In this document: one piece after another, positions 1 through 10,436 of the stretch | Layout of the letters: every line of letters starts with the position of its first letter | Numbering within the stretch: the first letter of the stretch is position 1 | NCBI GenBank assembly: GCA_023390655.1 | Contig: JAEWCL010000020.1 | Location: 3,275-67,274, forward strand | Reading direction: 5' to 3' | DNA: 64,000 nt | Origin: Bacillota bacterium | GTDB taxonomy: Bacteria; Bacillota; Clostridia; Christensenellales; CAG-138 | Program-made: the position numbers and the translations under genes | The notes under the pieces: model-generated | What the model saw: the letters and a program-made list of their open reading frames with translations, nothing else | Told to the model about the DNA's origin: nothing | The model's database searches: none

Positions 1-2
1 AT

Positions 3-821
<819 letters not shown>

Positions 822-946
822 AACCGGGTATTTCCCGGGAAATTCGCCCTTTTTCGGCAAAGTGAGTTAACAGTTTATTTACTTTGTAGTTGCGGCGGAT
901 TGCGGTATCATGAAAAGGGAAAAACAATAAAGTGAAGGGGTTCACA

Positions 947-1891
947 ATGAAGAAGATTATTACGGTACTCTTGCTGCTGTCCTTCCTCGTAACGGCTGCA
1001 GCTTGTGCAAAACCAGCGGAAACAGATGCAATTGATATCGGATCGAATACGCCGGGCACGACGTTGGCGCCGGGTGAAACGCCCGACCCCAATGCGACGG
1101 TTGATCCGAACGCGACTTTTGACCCGAATGCACCGGTTGATCCCAGCGTATCGGTTGATCCGAACGCGACGATCGATCCCAACGCAACGCCCAACCCCAA
1201 TGCGACGCTTGCCCCGGGACAGACGCCCGGCGCATCCGCTTCCCCCGGCGCTTCGACTTCGCCTGCGCCCTCCGGCTCCGCGCCCAAGAGCTACAGCGAA
1301 GCAAAGAAGATCAACAGCGACACTGTCGGCTGGATCAAGGTGCCCGGCACGAATATCGACTACCCCATCATGTACGATAAGTCCGGCAAGTGGTTCTACA
1401 ACACCCATGATATTAACAAAAAGAGCACCGACGCGGGTTCCATTTACACTTACTATGGAGATGTGACGCGCAACATCATCATCTCCGGTCACAACATGCG
1501 CCAATCCGGCACTATGTTCCATGAACTCCATAAGGTGCAGAACAACAAGTCCTCCCTGACCACGAAGTCCAACCGTACCTTCAGCATTAAGCTGCCCGGC
1601 TTCAAGGCCTGGAATGAGGGCGCGCAGTCCAAGTGGGAAGTGTTCGCCCTCTATGAAACCAAAGACAGCGAACCCAAGAGCACGCTGAACTATAACATCC
1701 ATCCCCTTTCCAATAAGAGCAAGTCCGAGGTTGAGGAATGGATCGCTAAGCAGAAGAGCCGCTCCGAGGTCAAACTGGACGTCAGCGCAACGGCGGACGA
1801 TATTTTCATGACTCTTATTACCTGCGGCGACAACTACGATAACAGCACCGCGCAGTCCCGCCTGTACATCTTCCTCAAGGCGGTAGGCTGA
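947..1891 (+). CDS. Class B sortase-family transpeptidase with a lipoprotein-like signal peptide and a Pro/Asn-rich repeat linker
   Basis: SrtB-like motifs: TVGWIKVPGTNIDYPIMY, catalytic His in IISGHNM, catalytic Cys in LITCGD, and Arg in SRLYIF. Start moved from the ORF-track GTG at 932 to ATG 947, which lies 6 nt after GAAGGGG. Confidence 0.75.
   Translation: MKKIITVLLLLSFLVTAAACAKPAETDAIDIGSNTPGTTLAPGETPDPNATVDPNATFDPNAPVDPSVSVDPNATIDPNATPNPNATLAPGQTPGASASPGASTSPAPSGSAPKSYSEAKKINSDTVGWIKVPGTNIDYPIMYDKSGKWFYNTHDINKKSTDAGSIYTYYGDVTRNIIISGHNMRQSGTMFHELHKVQNNKSSLTTKSNRTFSIKLPGFKAWNEGAQSKWEVFALYETKDSEPKSTLNYNIHPLSNKSKSEVEEWIAKQKSRSEVKLDVSATADDIFMTLITCGDNYDNSTAQSRLYIFLKAVG
1085..1210 (+). repeat. 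Seven tandem 18-bp units inside the sortase gene, encoding DPNATx hexapeptides
   Basis: Units at 1085, 1103, 1121, 1139, 1157, 1175 and 1193. They encode DPNATV, DPNATF, DPNAPV, DPSVSV, DPNATI, DPNATP and NPNATL. Confidence 0.9.
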
Positions 1892-1915
1892 GTTCAAAGC
1901 AAAGAATAACAAGCA

Positions 1916-1947
1916 AAGGCCGGTCTTTTGACCGGCCTTGTTTTTTA
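1916..1947 (+). terminator. Rho-independent terminator after the sortase gene
   Basis: Stem AAGGCCGGTC / GACCGGCCTT with loop TTTT, followed by GTTTTTT. Confidence 0.85.
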
Positions 1948-2061
1948 TAACGCCTTTTTAGCAGCAATGGCGCTGGAAACGTCTTTTTTATAAGGTGAGG
2001 GCATATCCTCAAGCCTCCGTCCATATCTTTCTTGTACAATACAACCGATGGGGGAAGCAAA

Positions 2062-3051
2062 ATGTGCACTGCCATGACGCTGCAATCCATGGAGGGAAAG
2101 ACCTTTTTTGCACGGACGATGGATTTTTCTTATGAGATTGACCCTACCCTCTATGTTTTTCCAAGGAACTATATCTGGAACAATGTGCTGGGCACGCATA
2201 CCATCCGCAACCGGTATCAATTTATGGCGGTTGGGCAGCAGGTCGATGGCCTGATTGCTTTTTTCGACGGCGTGAACGAAACGGGCTTTGCTGCTGCGGC
2301 GCTGTATTTTGCGGGTTATGCGCAATACAACATGTATCTTCAGCACGCGGGGAAAGAACGGATCCCGTCTTTGGATGTACTACACTATATGCTTGGCAAC
2401 TGCGGCTCTGTACAGGAGCTTGTGGAACTGCTGCCCAATGTAACGATCGTGGGCTTTGAAGACCCGGTGACACAAACGGCAGCGCCGCTGCATTGGATTG
2501 CCACAGACCGCACGGGGGAATGCGTCGTCATTGAACAGACGGCCGAGGGATTGCGGGCATTTCAGAACGAAATCGGCGTTATGGCAAACAGCCCTGATTT
2601 CTTATGGCATATGACGAACTTAAGAAATTACGTGGGCGTATCCTCCCGGCAGGAGGAAGAAACGCGGTGGGGCGACGTCGTATTGCGGCCATTTGGCCAG
2701 GGGGCAGGAACCACGGGGCTTCCGGGCGGGTACACTTCGCCCGAGCGCTTTGTAAGGACTTCTTTTTTAAAAACGCATATGGTCACGCCCCAAAACGATA
2801 TGGATGCGGTAACAGCCTGCTTTCATATCATGGAGAGCGTCTCCATTCCTAAGGGTGTGGTCGTTACAAGCCGGGAAACCTTTGATTACACAAAGTACGT
2901 GATATTGATCAACACCGATACCTGCGAGTATTTCTTTAAGACGTATGATAATCCGCAGATCAGGATGGCAGGGCCGCTGGAAGAGTATCATTTTACTGCT
3001 CCTGTATGCCTTGGCGGCATCGGCGGCAACCCTTCGTATGAAAAAAGGTAA
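2062..3051 (+). CDS. Choloylglycine hydrolase family Ntn-hydrolase (bile-salt hydrolase / penicillin V acylase-like), no signal peptide
   Basis: N-terminal MCTAMTL places the nucleophile Cys directly after Met. Family-typical FFARTMDF is present. Start moved from 2032 to ATG 2062, behind GGGGGAAG. Confidence 0.85.
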   Translation: MCTAMTLQSMEGKTFFARTMDFSYEIDPTLYVFPRNYIWNNVLGTHTIRNRYQFMAVGQQVDGLIAFFDGVNETGFAAAALYFAGYAQYNMYLQHAGKERIPSLDVLHYMLGNCGSVQELVELLPNVTIVGFEDPVTQTAAPLHWIATDRTGECVVIEQTAEGLRAFQNEIGVMANSPDFLWHMTNLRNYVGVSSRQEEETRWGDVVLRPFGQGAGTTGLPGGYTSPERFVRTSFLKTHMVTPQNDMDAVTACFHIMESVSIPKGVVVTSRETFDYTKYVILINTDTCEYFFKTYDNPQIRMAGPLEEYHFTAPVCLGGIGGNPSYEKR

Positions 3052-3151
3052 GGCGGCAATTCCCCCTTGAGGGTGTGGCAGGGTTGTCCGATGCAATTCC
3101 AAGAGAATTCCCCAAGGATCTACTTTTTACGGCATTTCTTCCAATTCCATG

Positions 3152-3178
3152 TAAACTTCCTACACAAACATCCGATAA
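3152..3178 (+). promoter_or_regulatory. Sigma-D/FliA (sigma-28)-type promoter upstream of motAB
   Basis: TAAA (3152-3155), then N15, then TCCGATAA (3171-3178). The Bacillus SigD consensus is TAAA-N15-GCCGATAT. Confidence 0.6.
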
Positions 3179-3331
3179 ACAGTGTGTAAAGCGGAATTAG
3201 CCGCAAAATCCAGGATAAAATGATCAGCGGCATCTTATTGTGGGAGATAAGATCGGACGCGCAATCTTTTTATGCAGAAGTTGACGAAAAATCGTCTTGA
3301 TAAAGAAATCCGTGATAACGGAGGATTGGAT

Positions 3332-4183
3332 ATGTTTAAGGGTAGATCAGCGAAATCAACGCTGATTGGATTTTCGATCGGAATTTTATGCGTGGTATCC
3401 TCAATTATGATGTCGGGGAATTTCCGTTCCTTTCTGAACTGGCCCTCGGTATTTATCACAGTTGGCGGTACCCTGGGCGCCATGATCGTGGCGTTTCCTC
3501 CAAACAGGCTCAAGACGCTTGGCGCGGTCATGAAGAAGTCGTTTACCAAAGAAACGCTTGATTTGGACAAGGATATCCAGACCATTGTAACACTGAGCAA
3601 CACCGTCAGAAAGGATGGGGCCCTGAAGCTTGAGGATTCTGTAGACAGATATACGAAGGACGAATTTCTCAAAAAGGGTCTTATGCTTCTGGTAGACGGT
3701 GCGGACAGGGAATTTCTCAAATGCACCATGCAGCGCGAAATCTACCGTACCGCAAAAAGGCACCAAAAGGGCCAGCAGATGATCGAAATGATTGCGGCCA
3801 CGGCACCTTCACTGGGACTTTTGGGAACATACATCGGCCTGATCCCTATGCTTGAGCATCTGGAGGACCCAACAAAGCTGGGGCCGCTGATGGCGATCGA
3901 GCTGGTAACATCTTTCTACGGCGCGTTTATTGCCTACGTCGTTTTTTCGCCGATGGCAAAGCGCCTGCGCTCCATGAGCAGCGATGAAATGACGCGCAAG
4001 GAGCTTCTGCTTGAAGGACTGCTTGCCATTGAAGCAAAACAGAATCCAAGGATGATCATCGAAACGCTTACTGCTTATCTGACCAAGCAGGAGGCAAAGA
4101 GCATGCGCCGGAAGCAGCCGCCGCTGTCCGGTGTGGACGCGCAAAAGAAGGTGCTTACCTACAATACCAAAAGAGGGCAGTAG
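3332..4183 (+). CDS. motA: Flagellar motor stator protein MotA (MotA/TolQ/ExbB proton-channel family)
   Basis: Four-TM architecture with APSLGLLGTYIGLIPML and ELVTSFYGAFIAYVVFSPMA. Start moved to ATG 3332, behind GGAGGA. Confidence 0.88.
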   Translation: MFKGRSAKSTLIGFSIGILCVVSSIMMSGNFRSFLNWPSVFITVGGTLGAMIVAFPPNRLKTLGAVMKKSFTKETLDLDKDIQTIVTLSNTVRKDGALKLEDSVDRYTKDEFLKKGLMLLVDGADREFLKCTMQREIYRTAKRHQKGQQMIEMIAATAPSLGLLGTYIGLIPMLEHLEDPTKLGPLMAIELVTSFYGAFIAYVVFSPMAKRLRSMSSDEMTRKELLLEGLLAIEAKQNPRMIIETLTAYLTKQEAKSMRRKQPPLSGVDAQKKVLTYNTKRGQ

Positions 4184-4185
4184 CA

Positions 4186-4896
4186 ATGGATAACGATTTC
4201 CTGGATATGGAAGATGAAGCCATAGATGAAGAGGCGCCCGCATGGCTGACCAGTTACAGCGATATGATGACGGACTTGCTTGCCATTTTTGTCATCCTGT
4301 TTTCATTTGCGATGATGATGCAGGCAAGTACCGCCATGTCGGCGGCTGCCGCTGTGAAAAACGCCTCAAATACAGCTGTAATCAGTACGCAAGCACCCGT
4401 GATGGAAGCCGAACAGGCACTTGCTGACGGACAGGAACGGTTCAATAATTTCTACGAGGAGCTCAAAAGCTACATCGATGATAACGGCCTCTCCAAGCAG
4501 CTGAGCGTTGCCAAGGAAGGAAACGATGTGGTACTGCTGCGCATGGCCGATTCTGCCCTGTTTGACCCTGCGCAGGCAGAAATCAATCCTGGGGCGGATG
4601 AGGTGATGGAAAGCGTCTCCGACATCCTGACGGAATACGGGAGCATTATCCAGATGGTTCGCATCGAGGGGCATACGGACGACCGCCCAATCAACACCAA
4701 ACAATTCAATACCAATTGGGAGCTTTCTACCGCCAGGGCCGTCAATGTGCTCAAACGCCTGCTTGAGATTTCCACGCTGGGGTCTAAAAAATTCTCCGCC
4801 GTTGGCTACAGTGAATTTTATCCGATTGCGGATAACGCGACCCCGGAGGGAAGGGCCCAAAACAGGCGCGTGGATTTCATTATTGAGACGGAATGA
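4186..4896 (+). CDS. motB: Flagellar motor stator protein MotB (OmpA-like peptidoglycan-binding C-terminus)
   Basis: N-terminal PAWLTSYSDMMTDLLAIFVILF plug/TM segment containing Asp. C-terminal OmpA motifs: IEGHTDDRPI, NWELSTARA and NRRVDF. Confidence 0.9.
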   Translation: MDNDFLDMEDEAIDEEAPAWLTSYSDMMTDLLAIFVILFSFAMMMQASTAMSAAAAVKNASNTAVISTQAPVMEAEQALADGQERFNNFYEELKSYIDDNGLSKQLSVAKEGNDVVLLRMADSALFDPAQAEINPGADEVMESVSDILTEYGSIIQMVRIEGHTDDRPINTKQFNTNWELSTARAVNVLKRLLEISTLGSKKFSAVGYSEFYPIADNATPEGRAQNRRVDFIIETE

Positions 4897-4906
4897 AAAG
4901 GAAGAG

Positions 4907-4934
4907 AGAACCCCATAAATCCGGGGTTCTTTTG
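4907..4934 (+). terminator. Terminator after motB
   Basis: Stem AGAACCCC / GGGGTTCT followed by TTTTGCTGTTT. Confidence 0.7.
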
Positions 4935-5126
4935 CTGTTTACCGGAAGATGTACGCAATGAACAGAATAGGCTGCGCGTTGGGGGAACGGGTCTTATGTT
5001 TCCGTAAAGCGTGAAACGAGGGGTTGTAGCGGTTCAGGTGGAGCACATTTTTTGCTTTCAATAGTGAAAGCGTCTCTTTCCTCGCGTGATATGAGGATGA
5101 CGTCTCTCAAAACGTATAATTATCAC

Positions 5127-5155
5127 TTGACATGTAGGAGTATGAACGCTAGAAT
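5127..5155 (+). promoter_or_regulatory. Sigma-A-type promoter for the liv-like operon
   Basis: TTGACA (5127-5132), 17-bp spacer, TAGAAT (5150-5155). Confidence 0.6.
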
Positions 5156-5309
5156 TTAGAAAAGTCCTGAGCCGGCGTTTGCGTATGTGCATATTTTAAC
5201 CAAGGCGCTCGCTCGGGCCGTTTTGTATAATTATAAACCTGTGCACGTTTTCCGACAGGGAAACCGCCGGAAAAGTTTTATTTAGAAATCTATTGAAGGA
5301 GAATGTCAT

Positions 5310-6536
5310 ATGAAGAAGATACTCTGTACGGTACTTGCCCTCGTTTTCGTGCTCAGCCTCGTGGCAGGCTGCAGCAATGGGAACGCACCCGCAAACACGC
5401 CCGCTCCCGCAGAAACCTCGGGCGGTGCTGCCCCCGCTTCCCCCTCCGATGATGGGCAGGACACGCCCGCTGCCACGGCTGCTTACAAAATTGGCGGTAC
5501 CGGCCCCCTGACCGGCGGCGCTGCCATCTACGGCAACGCTGCAAAGAACGGCGCGCAGATCGCGGTTGACGAAATCAACGCTCTGGGCGGCATCCAGTTC
5601 GAACTCAAGTATGAGGATGACGAGCATGACGCCGAAAAGGCAGTCAATGCCTACAACACCCTCAAGGACTGGGGCATGCAGATTTCCCTTGGTTCCGTCA
5701 CCAGCACCCCCTGTGTTGCTACGAGCGCCGAAACCTTTGCAGACAGGATCTTTGCCCTCACGCCTTCCGCTTCCGCAACTGCGGTCATCGAAGGCAAGGA
5801 TAATATGTATCAGATGTGCTTTACCGATCCCAACCAGGGCTCCGCTTCCGCACAGTACATCTTTGACAAGCAGCTTGGCACAAAGATCGCCGTCATCTAC
5901 AAGAACGACGACGTTTACTCCAAGGGCATCTACAGCACGTTTGAAAGCAAAGCCAAGGAACTTGGCCTGACCATCGTTTCCACCACCACCTTCACCGAGG
6001 ACAGCCAGACCGACTTCTCCGTTCAGCTGACCGATGCGAAGAAGAACGGCGCGGACCTTGTGTTCCTGCCCATCTACTATACGCCCGCTTCCCTAATCTT
6101 CCAGCAGGCAAAGGCGATGGACTATGCGCCCAAATACTTCGGCGTGGACGGCATGGACGGCATCCTCACGCTCGAATCCTTTGATGCTTCCCTGGCGGAA
6201 GGCGTCATGCTGCTCACCCCATTCAATGCGGACTCCACCGATGCGCGCACCGCAGGCTTTGTGAGCAAGTATAAGGAAGCCTACGGCGAAACCCCCAACC
6301 AGTTCGCTGCGGATGGCTATGACTGTGTATACGCCTACAAGGCCGCGCTTGAGGCTGCCGGCTGCACGCCCGATATGAGCGCTGCCGATATCTGCGAAAA
6401 GCTGGTTGCGACATTCTCCACCATCACCTTTGACGGCCTGACCGGCGATGGCATGACCTGGGCCGCCACCGGAGAAGTCTCCAAGAGCCCCAAGGGCATG
6501 GTCATCCAGAGCGGCGCTTACGTCGGCATGGACTAA
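5310..6536 (+). CDS. Branched-chain/hydrophobic amino-acid ABC transporter substrate-binding lipoprotein (LivJ/LivK family)
   Basis: Lipobox LVAGCS. Periplasmic-binding-protein type I pattern. RBS GAAGGAG. Followed by livHMGF-type genes. Confidence 0.88.
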   Translation: MKKILCTVLALVFVLSLVAGCSNGNAPANTPAPAETSGGAAPASPSDDGQDTPAATAAYKIGGTGPLTGGAAIYGNAAKNGAQIAVDEINALGGIQFELKYEDDEHDAEKAVNAYNTLKDWGMQISLGSVTSTPCVATSAETFADRIFALTPSASATAVIEGKDNMYQMCFTDPNQGSASAQYIFDKQLGTKIAVIYKNDDVYSKGIYSTFESKAKELGLTIVSTTTFTEDSQTDFSVQLTDAKKNGADLVFLPIYYTPASLIFQQAKAMDYAPKYFGVDGMDGILTLESFDASLAEGVMLLTPFNADSTDARTAGFVSKYKEAYGETPNQFAADGYDCVYAYKAALEAAGCTPDMSAADICEKLVATFSTITFDGLTGDGMTWAATGEVSKSPKGMVIQSGAYVGMD

Positions 6537-6686
6537 GCCGCTATTCGCCCTTTCATTGTTTGAAAAGAAGAGAGGGCTGTCGAGCAAACTCGGCAGTCCT
6601 CTTCCTTCCATTTACGGGTTACAAAAGATGTGAACTTTGCGCTCCATTTTCGGGAATGCGTGAAGAGAAATGAGGGGATACCGGTT

Positions 6687-7568
6687 ATGACATTTCTCTC
6701 CTATCTGATCAGCGGTATAAGCCTGGGAAGCGTTTATGCAATCATCGCATTGGGCTATACGATGGTCTATGGCATTGCAAAAATGCTCAACTTTGCCCAT
6801 GGCGACGTCATCATGATCGGCGCTTATATCTGTTTCTTCGCCACCTCCCGCTGGGGGCTGCCCCCTCTTATCGGGGTAGTGCTGGCGATGATCGTGTGTA
6901 CGACGCTGGGCGTCGTCATAGAGCGCACGGCATATAAGCCGTTACGCTCGGCGCCCTCGCTCGCGGTGCTGATCACCGCGATCGGCATGAGCTATTTTTT
7001 GCAGAACTCCGCGCAATTGCTGTGGAGCTCCAACCCCAAGGTGTTTACGCCGGTCGTCTCCGAGGCGTCCCTCAAGCTGTTTCGGGGCGAGCTTTCCATA
7101 TCGTTTATTGCCATCGCTACGGTGGCCGCCTGCGTTGTGATCATGGCGGCGCTGACGTGGTTTACAAAGAATACAAAAATGGGCAAGGCAATGCGCGCCT
7201 GCTCCGAGGATAAGGGTGCTGCGCAGCTGATGGGGATCAATGTGAACCTGACCATCTCCGTCACCTTTGCGATCGGCTCAGCGCTTGCGGCAATCGCGGG
7301 CGTGCTTCTCTGCTCCGCTTACCCGACGCTGATGCCCACCACGGGCTCCATGCCCGGTATCAAGGCGTTTACCGCCGCCGTGTTCGGCGGCATCGGCTCC
7401 ATCCCCGGCGCGATGCTTGGCGGCATACTGCTCGGCATCATTGAGATATTCGGCAAGGGCTATGTGTCTACACAGCTTTCCGACGCGATCGTGTTCGCCG
7501 TCCTCATCATCATCCTGCTGGTCAAGCCCGCCGGGCTTCTGGGCAAGCAGGTCAGCGAGAAAGTTTGA
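6687..7568 (+). CDS. livH: Branched-chain amino-acid ABC transporter permease (LivH type)
   Basis: Multi-TM protein with GYTMVYGIAKMLNFAHGD. Start moved to ATG 6687, behind GAGGGGA. Confidence 0.88.
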   Translation: MTFLSYLISGISLGSVYAIIALGYTMVYGIAKMLNFAHGDVIMIGAYICFFATSRWGLPPLIGVVLAMIVCTTLGVVIERTAYKPLRSAPSLAVLITAIGMSYFLQNSAQLLWSSNPKVFTPVVSEASLKLFRGELSISFIAIATVAACVVIMAALTWFTKNTKMGKAMRACSEDKGAAQLMGINVNLTISVTFAIGSALAAIAGVLLCSAYPTLMPTTGSMPGIKAFTAAVFGGIGSIPGAMLGGILLGIIEIFGKGYVSTQLSDAIVFAVLIIILLVKPAGLLGKQVSEKV

Positions 7569-7577
7569 GGTAACGGT

Positions 7578-8645
7578 ATGAAAAAAATGAGCAAGGCCGC
7601 GCGCACCAACATTCTGACCTACGGCTTCGTCGCCGCCGCGTTTATCGCACTCCAGCTGCTCATCAGCAGCGGCAACATCACGTCCTCGCTGCAGGGGCAG
7701 CTCGTCCCGATCTGCGCGTATGTGGTGATGGCGGTATCGCTGAACCTGACGGTAGGGGTGCTCGGCGAACTTTCCCTGGGACATGCGGGATTTATGAGCA
7801 TCGGTGCGTTTGTGGGCGCCGTGACCTGTATCGGGTTACAGAACGCCATTCCTTTGGCGCCCGTGCGTCTGGGCATCTCGATGATCATCGGCGCCATCTG
7901 CGCGGGTGCTGCGGGCGTCCTGATCGGCATTCCCGTATTGCGCTTGCGGGGCGACTATCTGGCGATCGTTACGCTGGCGTTTGGCGAAATCATTAAAAAC
8001 ATCATCAACTGCCTCTATGTGGGCGTGGACAGCCGGGGGCTTCATATCAGCTTCCTCACGAGTGCCGATGCGCTCAACCTTCAGGAAGGCGGGCGGGTGA
8101 TTATCGACGGGCCCATGGGCATTTCCGGCATCACGAAGGCCTCCACCTTTACCACCGGATTTATTCTGATCCTCGTCACCCTGTTTGTCGTGCTCAACCT
8201 CATCAACAGCCGTTCCGGGCGGGCCATCATGGCGCTCAGGGACAACCGCATTGCTGCGGAGAGCGTGGGGATTCCTGTAACGAAGTATAAGATGATGGCG
8301 TTTGTCGTCTCGGCGGCGCTTGCCGGCGCTGCAGGCACGCTGTACGCCATGAACTACTCTACCATCGTTGCAAGCAAGTTTAACTTCAACACTTCGATAC
8401 TCGTGCTGGTATTTGTGGTATTGGGCGGGCTTGGCAATATCCTGGGCTCCGTCATTGCAGCCGCCGTACTGACCGTCCTTCCGGAGTTGTTGCGTGAATT
8501 CAACGACTACCGGATGCTGGTATACGCGATTGTGCTGATCCTGGTGATGCTTGCTACCAACAATGAGAACATCAAGACATTGATTGGCCGTATCAGGCGC
8601 AGCATACGTCCTGCGGCAAGCACGAAAGGAGGGAACGGCAAATGA
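7578..8645 (+). CDS. livM: Branched-chain amino-acid ABC transporter permease (LivM type)
   Basis: Multi-TM protein with GELSLGHAGFMSIGAF and RGDYLAIVTLAFGEII. Its end overlaps the livG start by 4 nt. Confidence 0.88.
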   Translation: MKKMSKAARTNILTYGFVAAAFIALQLLISSGNITSSLQGQLVPICAYVVMAVSLNLTVGVLGELSLGHAGFMSIGAFVGAVTCIGLQNAIPLAPVRLGISMIIGAICAGAAGVLIGIPVLRLRGDYLAIVTLAFGEIIKNIINCLYVGVDSRGLHISFLTSADALNLQEGGRVIIDGPMGISGITKASTFTTGFILILVTLFVVLNLINSRSGRAIMALRDNRIAAESVGIPVTKYKMMAFVVSAALAGAAGTLYAMNYSTIVASKFNFNTSILVLVFVVLGGLGNILGSVIAAAVLTVLPELLREFNDYRMLVYAIVLILVMLATNNENIKTLIGRIRRSIRPAASTKGGNGK

Positions 8646-9487
8646 GCAAGCGGCCCGAGACAAAGCTGGTCCCCGTACCCTCTACCAACATCATCCCGGA
8701 GCGCGACGTAGGCAAGCCGCCGATTCTTGAGGCGCGCCATCTGGGCATTGATTTCGGCGGGCTGACCGCTGTGGACGAATTTGACATGGCCATCGGCCGT
8801 ACGGAAATCGCCGGGCTCATCGGCCCCAACGGCGCGGGAAAGACGACGGTATTCAACCTGTTGACCAAGGTGTACCAGCCCACCCGCGGTACCATACTGC
8901 TCGATGGACGCGATACCTACAACATGAATACCGTCCAGGTCAACAGGTTCGGTATTGCCCGTACGTTCCAGAATATCCGGCTGTTTTCCAGCCTGACGGT
9001 GGAGGACAATGTCAAGCTGGGACTCCATAACCACATCAACTATGGTATGTGGCGCGGCATCTTCCGCCTTCCCGGTTACTGGAAGGGCGAAAAACAGGCG
9101 CATGAGCGGGCGTTGGAGCTGCTTTCCATATTCGATATGCAGGATATGGCCAAGTACCAGGCGGGATCGCTCCCCTATGGCGCGCAGCGCAGGCTTGAGA
9201 TCGTCCGGGCGCTTGCCACAAAACCCTCGCTGCTGCTGTTGGACGAGCCCGCGGCGGGCATGAACCCTTCGGAAACGGCGGAGCTGATGGAAAATATCGT
9301 TAAGGTGCGCGATACCTTTGAGATCGCCATTATGCTCATCGAGCATGATATGAACCTGGTGATGGGCATTTGCGAGGGCATCTGCGTACTCAACTTCGGC
9401 AAGGTCATCGCCAAGGGTACCCCCAGCGAGATCCAGAACAACCCCGAGGTCATCGAGGCGTATCTGGGCAAGAGGAGGGAGAACTGA
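8642..9487 (+). CDS. livG: Branched-chain amino-acid ABC transporter ATP-binding protein (LivG type)
   Basis: Walker A GPNGAGKTT, signature LPYGAQRRLEI, Walker B LLLLDEPAAG. Confidence 0.9.
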   Translation: MSKRPETKLVPVPSTNIIPERDVGKPPILEARHLGIDFGGLTAVDEFDMAIGRTEIAGLIGPNGAGKTTVFNLLTKVYQPTRGTILLDGRDTYNMNTVQVNRFGIARTFQNIRLFSSLTVEDNVKLGLHNHINYGMWRGIFRLPGYWKGEKQAHERALELLSIFDMQDMAKYQAGSLPYGAQRRLEIVRALATKPSLLLLDEPAAGMNPSETAELMENIVKVRDTFEIAIMLIEHDMNLVMGICEGICVLNFGKVIAKGTPSEIQNNPEVIEAYLGKRREN

Positions 9488-9491
9488 CGCC

Positions 9492-10190
9492 ATGCTGAAA
9501 ATTGACAACATCAACGTTTATTACGGCTCCATACATGCCATCAAGGACGTCTCTCTGGAGGTCAACCAGGGGGAGATCGTTACTCTCATCGGCGCAAACG
9601 GCGCAGGGAAGAGTACGGTGCTTAAAACCATCTCCGGCCTGCTGCGTACAAAGACGGGCGGCATCAGCTTTATGGGCGAGGGGATTTCGGCCCTTGCACC
9701 CCATAAGATTGTGGAGCGCGGGCTTGCGCAGGTGCCCGAGGGCAGGCGTATTTTCCTGCAGATGAGCGTGCACGACAATCTGGAAATGGGCGCTTATACG
9801 CGGACGGGCGCGATCGAAAGCGATCTTGAAGAGGTCTATGCCCGGTTCCCGCGGCTCCTTGAACGCCGCAGGCAGGTGGCGGGAACCCTTTCCGGCGGGG
9901 AACAGCAGATGCTGGCGATGGGCCGCGCGCTCATGAGCCGCCCCAAGCTTTTGATGCTCGACGAACCCAGTATGGGCCTTGCGCCCATATTGGTGGAGCA
10001 GATTTTTGAGATCATCAGCGAGCTGCACAAGGCAGGCACCACCATACTCCTGGTGGAGCAGAACGCGCAGATGGCGCTTTCCATTGCGGACAGGGCCTAT
10101 GTGCTTGAAACCGGCAGCATCGCCATCTCCGGCACCGGCAAGGAACTTTCTGAAAGCGACGAAATCCGAAAGGCGTATCTTGGCGGATGA
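9492..10190 (+). CDS. livF: Branched-chain amino-acid ABC transporter ATP-binding protein (LivF type)
   Basis: Walker A GANGAGKST, signature LSGGEQQMLA, Walker B LLMLDEPS. Confidence 0.9.
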   Translation: MLKIDNINVYYGSIHAIKDVSLEVNQGEIVTLIGANGAGKSTVLKTISGLLRTKTGGISFMGEGISALAPHKIVERGLAQVPEGRRIFLQMSVHDNLEMGAYTRTGAIESDLEEVYARFPRLLERRRQVAGTLSGGEQQMLAMGRALMSRPKLLMLDEPSMGLAPILVEQIFEIISELHKAGTTILLVEQNAQMALSIADRAYVLETGSIAISGTGKELSESDEIRKAYLGG

Positions 10191-10436
10191 AGAAAGCGCT
10201 GCTCCCACACGGTAATGGATGGGGACGGATACTATAATCATGATTGCAAAAGAGCTTTTGATGCGGATCGGGGGCTCTTTTTCTTTCCGCGGGATGCCGC
10301 GGCCAAATCGATGCGGCGGGACCGATCTTGTATGCATGCGATTTTCGCCTTAGGCGCGGATTATCCCATATCCGCTGCGCTTCTATGGTATAATATACGG
10401 CATAAGAGCCTAAAGCCCGTACATTGGAGACTGCTG

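Noticed and set aside
823-850. A terminator after lysS (the 12-nt perfect palindrome TTTCCCGGGAAA)
   Set aside because: The palindrome has no loop, only a 5-bp CCGGG/CCCGG stem is feasible, and the T-tract is weak. There is not enough support to call it.
1085-1210. The DPNAT repeats as bacterial N-glycosylation sequons (D/E-X-N-X-S/T)
   Set aside because: The X1 position is Pro in every repeat, which is disallowed in the PglB-type sequon. No oligosaccharyltransferase is in the window. I treat the repeats as a simple linker.
7836-9514. 275-aa and 335-aa ORFs on the - strand
   Set aside because: They are antisense to livM and livG. The sense-strand genes carry unambiguous ABC motifs.
10215-10436. 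Long N-terminal extensions given by the ORF track. Examples include 10215, 15014, 35349, 34436, 42117, 45303, 48758, 49189 and 52604.
   Set aside because: The upstream parts lack homology to the respective families, overlap neighbouring genes or promoters, and have no RBS. Internal starts with Shine-Dalgarno sequences were preferred.
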